Source: Octopus sinensis
Taxonomy: Eukaryota
Length of the DNA: 64,000 nt
Direction of reading: 5' to 3'
Assembly: GCF_006345805.1 (NCBI RefSeq)
Contig: NC_043011.1
Location: forward strand, 2,232,001-2,296,000
Position numbers and translations under genes: made by a program
Notes under the pieces: generated by a model
Seen by the model: the letters and a program-made list of their open reading frames with translations, nothing else
The model's database searches: none
What the model was told of the DNA's origin: nothing
Shown here: piece by piece, positions 61,623-64,000 of the stretch
How the letters are laid out: every line of letters starts with the position of its first letter
Numbering within the stretch: the stretch's first letter is position 1

Positions 61623-62017
61623 TCTTTATATATAAAAGTGAGGTTGTGTGCTGTCTGTCTCTTATGATTTAGATTCCTAACTACTCCCACATTTTGCGGT
61701 GCAGTTTAACCAAAACCGAGTATCTTATAGTCGTGATTCATATCGAGCCCTTCTAGGTATTAGCACGTGTCTACGATGAGTCTACGATTTAAAAAAAAAA
61801 TTACCATCAATTTTTCCCATTTTTAATGCATTTTTGGCATATATAAGGGAAGTAACTCTCTAAAAATTTATTATTAAATCTCAGAATGTAAAAAGCTACA
61901 GTAACACTCCCCTTTGTGGTTAGCCATATTGAGATGGCTATTATACTTTACATCTCTAAAAATGCTTATATAGTTATTTCCCTTACAAACCCGAGCAACG
62001 CCGGGCAATACTGCTAG
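61623..62017 (+). mobile_element. Non-autonomous Helitron
   Basis: 5' TC(tttatatataaaa), 3' hairpin cccg-agcaacgc-cggg then CTAG at 62014-62017, inserted between A and T with no TSD. A related 3'-end fragment lies on the minus strand at about 55864-55893. Confidence 0.85.
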
Positions 62018-62658
62018 TTTTTAATAATCTGAAGATACAAGTTGTAGTGCATCCCTCTGTGTTCTGTGCAAGCTGCATTCCAAGTTGGCTTTATCCTTGC
62101 AGAGAAATGAATGTTGTGTAAACTGTATTCAACCTGTCATATCGGAGCCAGATGTGTGCAACTCTCTATTGGCAAAATGACTATCTGCAGGTTTGCAGGA
62201 ACAGTCTGTACAGAAGTACACTAGTGATTTACTACAAAGGTTCAAATGTAATATGAAAATTTTAACGTGGACAGGTTTCTTTTTTTTTTTATTTTTTGTT
62301 GTCATAAAACTACAGACAGTCTAAGACAGCATGGCTTCAAAATTGCAAATTTGCACAAGAAAAATACCAAGAAACTCATCTGCTCACAAAATATTTCTGA
62401 ATGAAAGCAAAAATTTTGATAATAGAGTTCCTTGAATTTGATTAATTTCTTCATATTCCTACGTGAAGAATAAAATGAAATAATGGTAAACTACATATTT
62501 ATTCTTTCACTAATATTATGACTTGCTCTTCTGTACCATTCAAACCAGTGCTTTAACCTTTAGCTACCTAACTGGGGAAACAAAAATATGGTCTGTTTTA
62601 TAGGAAAATTTTATTATTGTCAAGCTGGCAGAATCGTTACCACTCTAACCAAAATGCT

Positions 62659-62981
62659 TACTCTTTTGCTTGTTTCAGTCATTTGACTGTGCCCATGCTG
62701 GAGCACTGCCTTTAGTCGAGCAAATTGACCCCAGGACTTATTCTTTATAAGCCTAGTACTTATTCTATTGTTCTCTTTTGCCGAACCACTAAGTTATGTT
62801 GGGGGGACAAACACATCACAAACACACATACATACACACACATACATACATACACACACACATTTATATATCTATTCAGTTTCCGTCTACCAAATCCACT
62901 CACAAGGCCCTGCAGTGGGACTGAACCCGGAACCATGTGGTTCATAAGCAAGCTACTTACCACACAGCCACTCCTATGCCT
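62659..62981 (-). mobile_element. SINE family A nested in the head of a family C SINE (62620-63110, plus)
   Basis: The family C head ggcaagctggcagaatcgtta...aaaatgctta resumes as gtggcattc...gttctgag after the insertion. gctta is duplicated on both sides. Confidence 0.8.
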
Positions 62982-64000
62982 ACGCTTAGTGGCATTCAGT
63001 AGATCTTTATGTTCTGAGACAGATAGATAGATAGATAAAATACTGGGGGTCGATCTAATTGACTTATCTGCTGCCTGAAATTGCTGGCCTTGTGCCAAAA
63101 TTTGAAGCCAATATATATTTTGATTATATTTGTATTGCGAACTCTTTATGTAGATAGTATTGGTTACAATCATCAAGTTACGATAAAGCATGCTATAAAT
63201 GTTTGAACAGTTGGTTAGAATTATGAAAGAGTAGGTTACCAAGGTTTCGGATGTATAGACATCCTACAAAGTAATATCTGTATCATTTATATATTTTAAA
63301 TGAACAAGTGCATCTTCCAAATTCTAATACAGATTTTTACTATTTATTATTTTTTAACATTATTTTTTAAAAATTTACTTTACTAAAAACAATTTCAATT
63401 AATAATTTATTCCACTTCCTGGACAACGACTTAAGCAGATGAATAAATATTCCTTTTACAACTGAGGATGAATAATTGTCTAATGTTACTACATTATCCT
63501 AATGTAGGATTTTCAGATTGAACTAAACTTAAGATTTTACAAAATATTGGCAAAATCTAGTGAAGCATTTCTTTAATGTAATTGGCTTCATTGTAAAGTG
63601 AAGAGATTAACTTTCACATGGTTGATTCTTTGTTCTGTTGTAATTAAACTGGTCATCCAGAACTGATAATAGATCAACATCTTATTTTCACTTTGCTAAA
63701 TTGAAATGAATGCTATGTAAAGAGATTTTCAAGTTTCTTTCAGGTCTTTACCGGTGTAGGATGGGCTTAAGGTGAAAGTTTCATTGCTGCTTTTAATTCT
63801 GTTATTCATTTCAAGTGGCTGAGTAATTGGGAGAATATCACAACAGATGTTTGTTAAAAAAAAAAAAAAACGAAATTCTGTAAAGTGTTATTGCTAACTT
63901 TTTTAATTAATTAAAATATTGAACTCAAACATTGGTTTAACGACAAACACATTTTAAACAAATTAATAGAAATTAAATGAAAAGAAATTAATGATTGAAG

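Noticed and set aside
83-63242. Most supplied short ORFs (e.g. poly-YI, HT, CV, LSIY peptides, and ORFs inside SINEs)
   Set aside because: They are translations of (TA)n, (CA)n, (TATC)n tracts or of SINE sequence. ORFs at 27431-30871(+) are antisense to the Dong ORF.

Overview
Eukaryotic, AT-rich, microsatellite-dense DNA. Its repeat families resemble those of octopus/coleoid cephalopod genomes; this is an inference from repeat content, not a database match. I could not identify any host protein-coding gene with confidence, only a few candidate small exons. Most supplied ORFs are microsatellite or antisense artefacts. The window is a nested transposon landscape with five SINE families (most tRNA-headed), RTE, CR1-group and Tx1/L1-type LINE relics, Penelope-like (GIY-YIG) elements, mariner relics, Merlin-like MITEs and Helitron/HINE elements. 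It also holds a near-complete R4/Dong-type retrotransposon (864-aa RT + restriction-like endonuclease ORF, 27424-30018, minus) inside a (TAA)n tract. The main discovery is a set of type I hammerhead ribozymes from five unrelated sequence families, found and folded by eye. (i) An ORF-less 507-bp unit is present as about 2.08 tandem copies (4495-5550), each with an identical, complete hammerhead on the minus strand: a retrozyme-like candidate circular-RNA element. (ii) A second ORF-less element (30929-31742) has a terminal repeat that starts at its own predicted cleavage site. (iii, iv) Two Penelope-like elements carry a hammerhead 3' of GIY-YIG, one with a tRNA-like head in front of it. (v) A one-mutation-decayed hammerhead lies at 57962-58024. 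Several of these sit in (TA)n tracts, two of them inside the same SINE family. None of the folds or family assignments has been checked computationally or experimentally.
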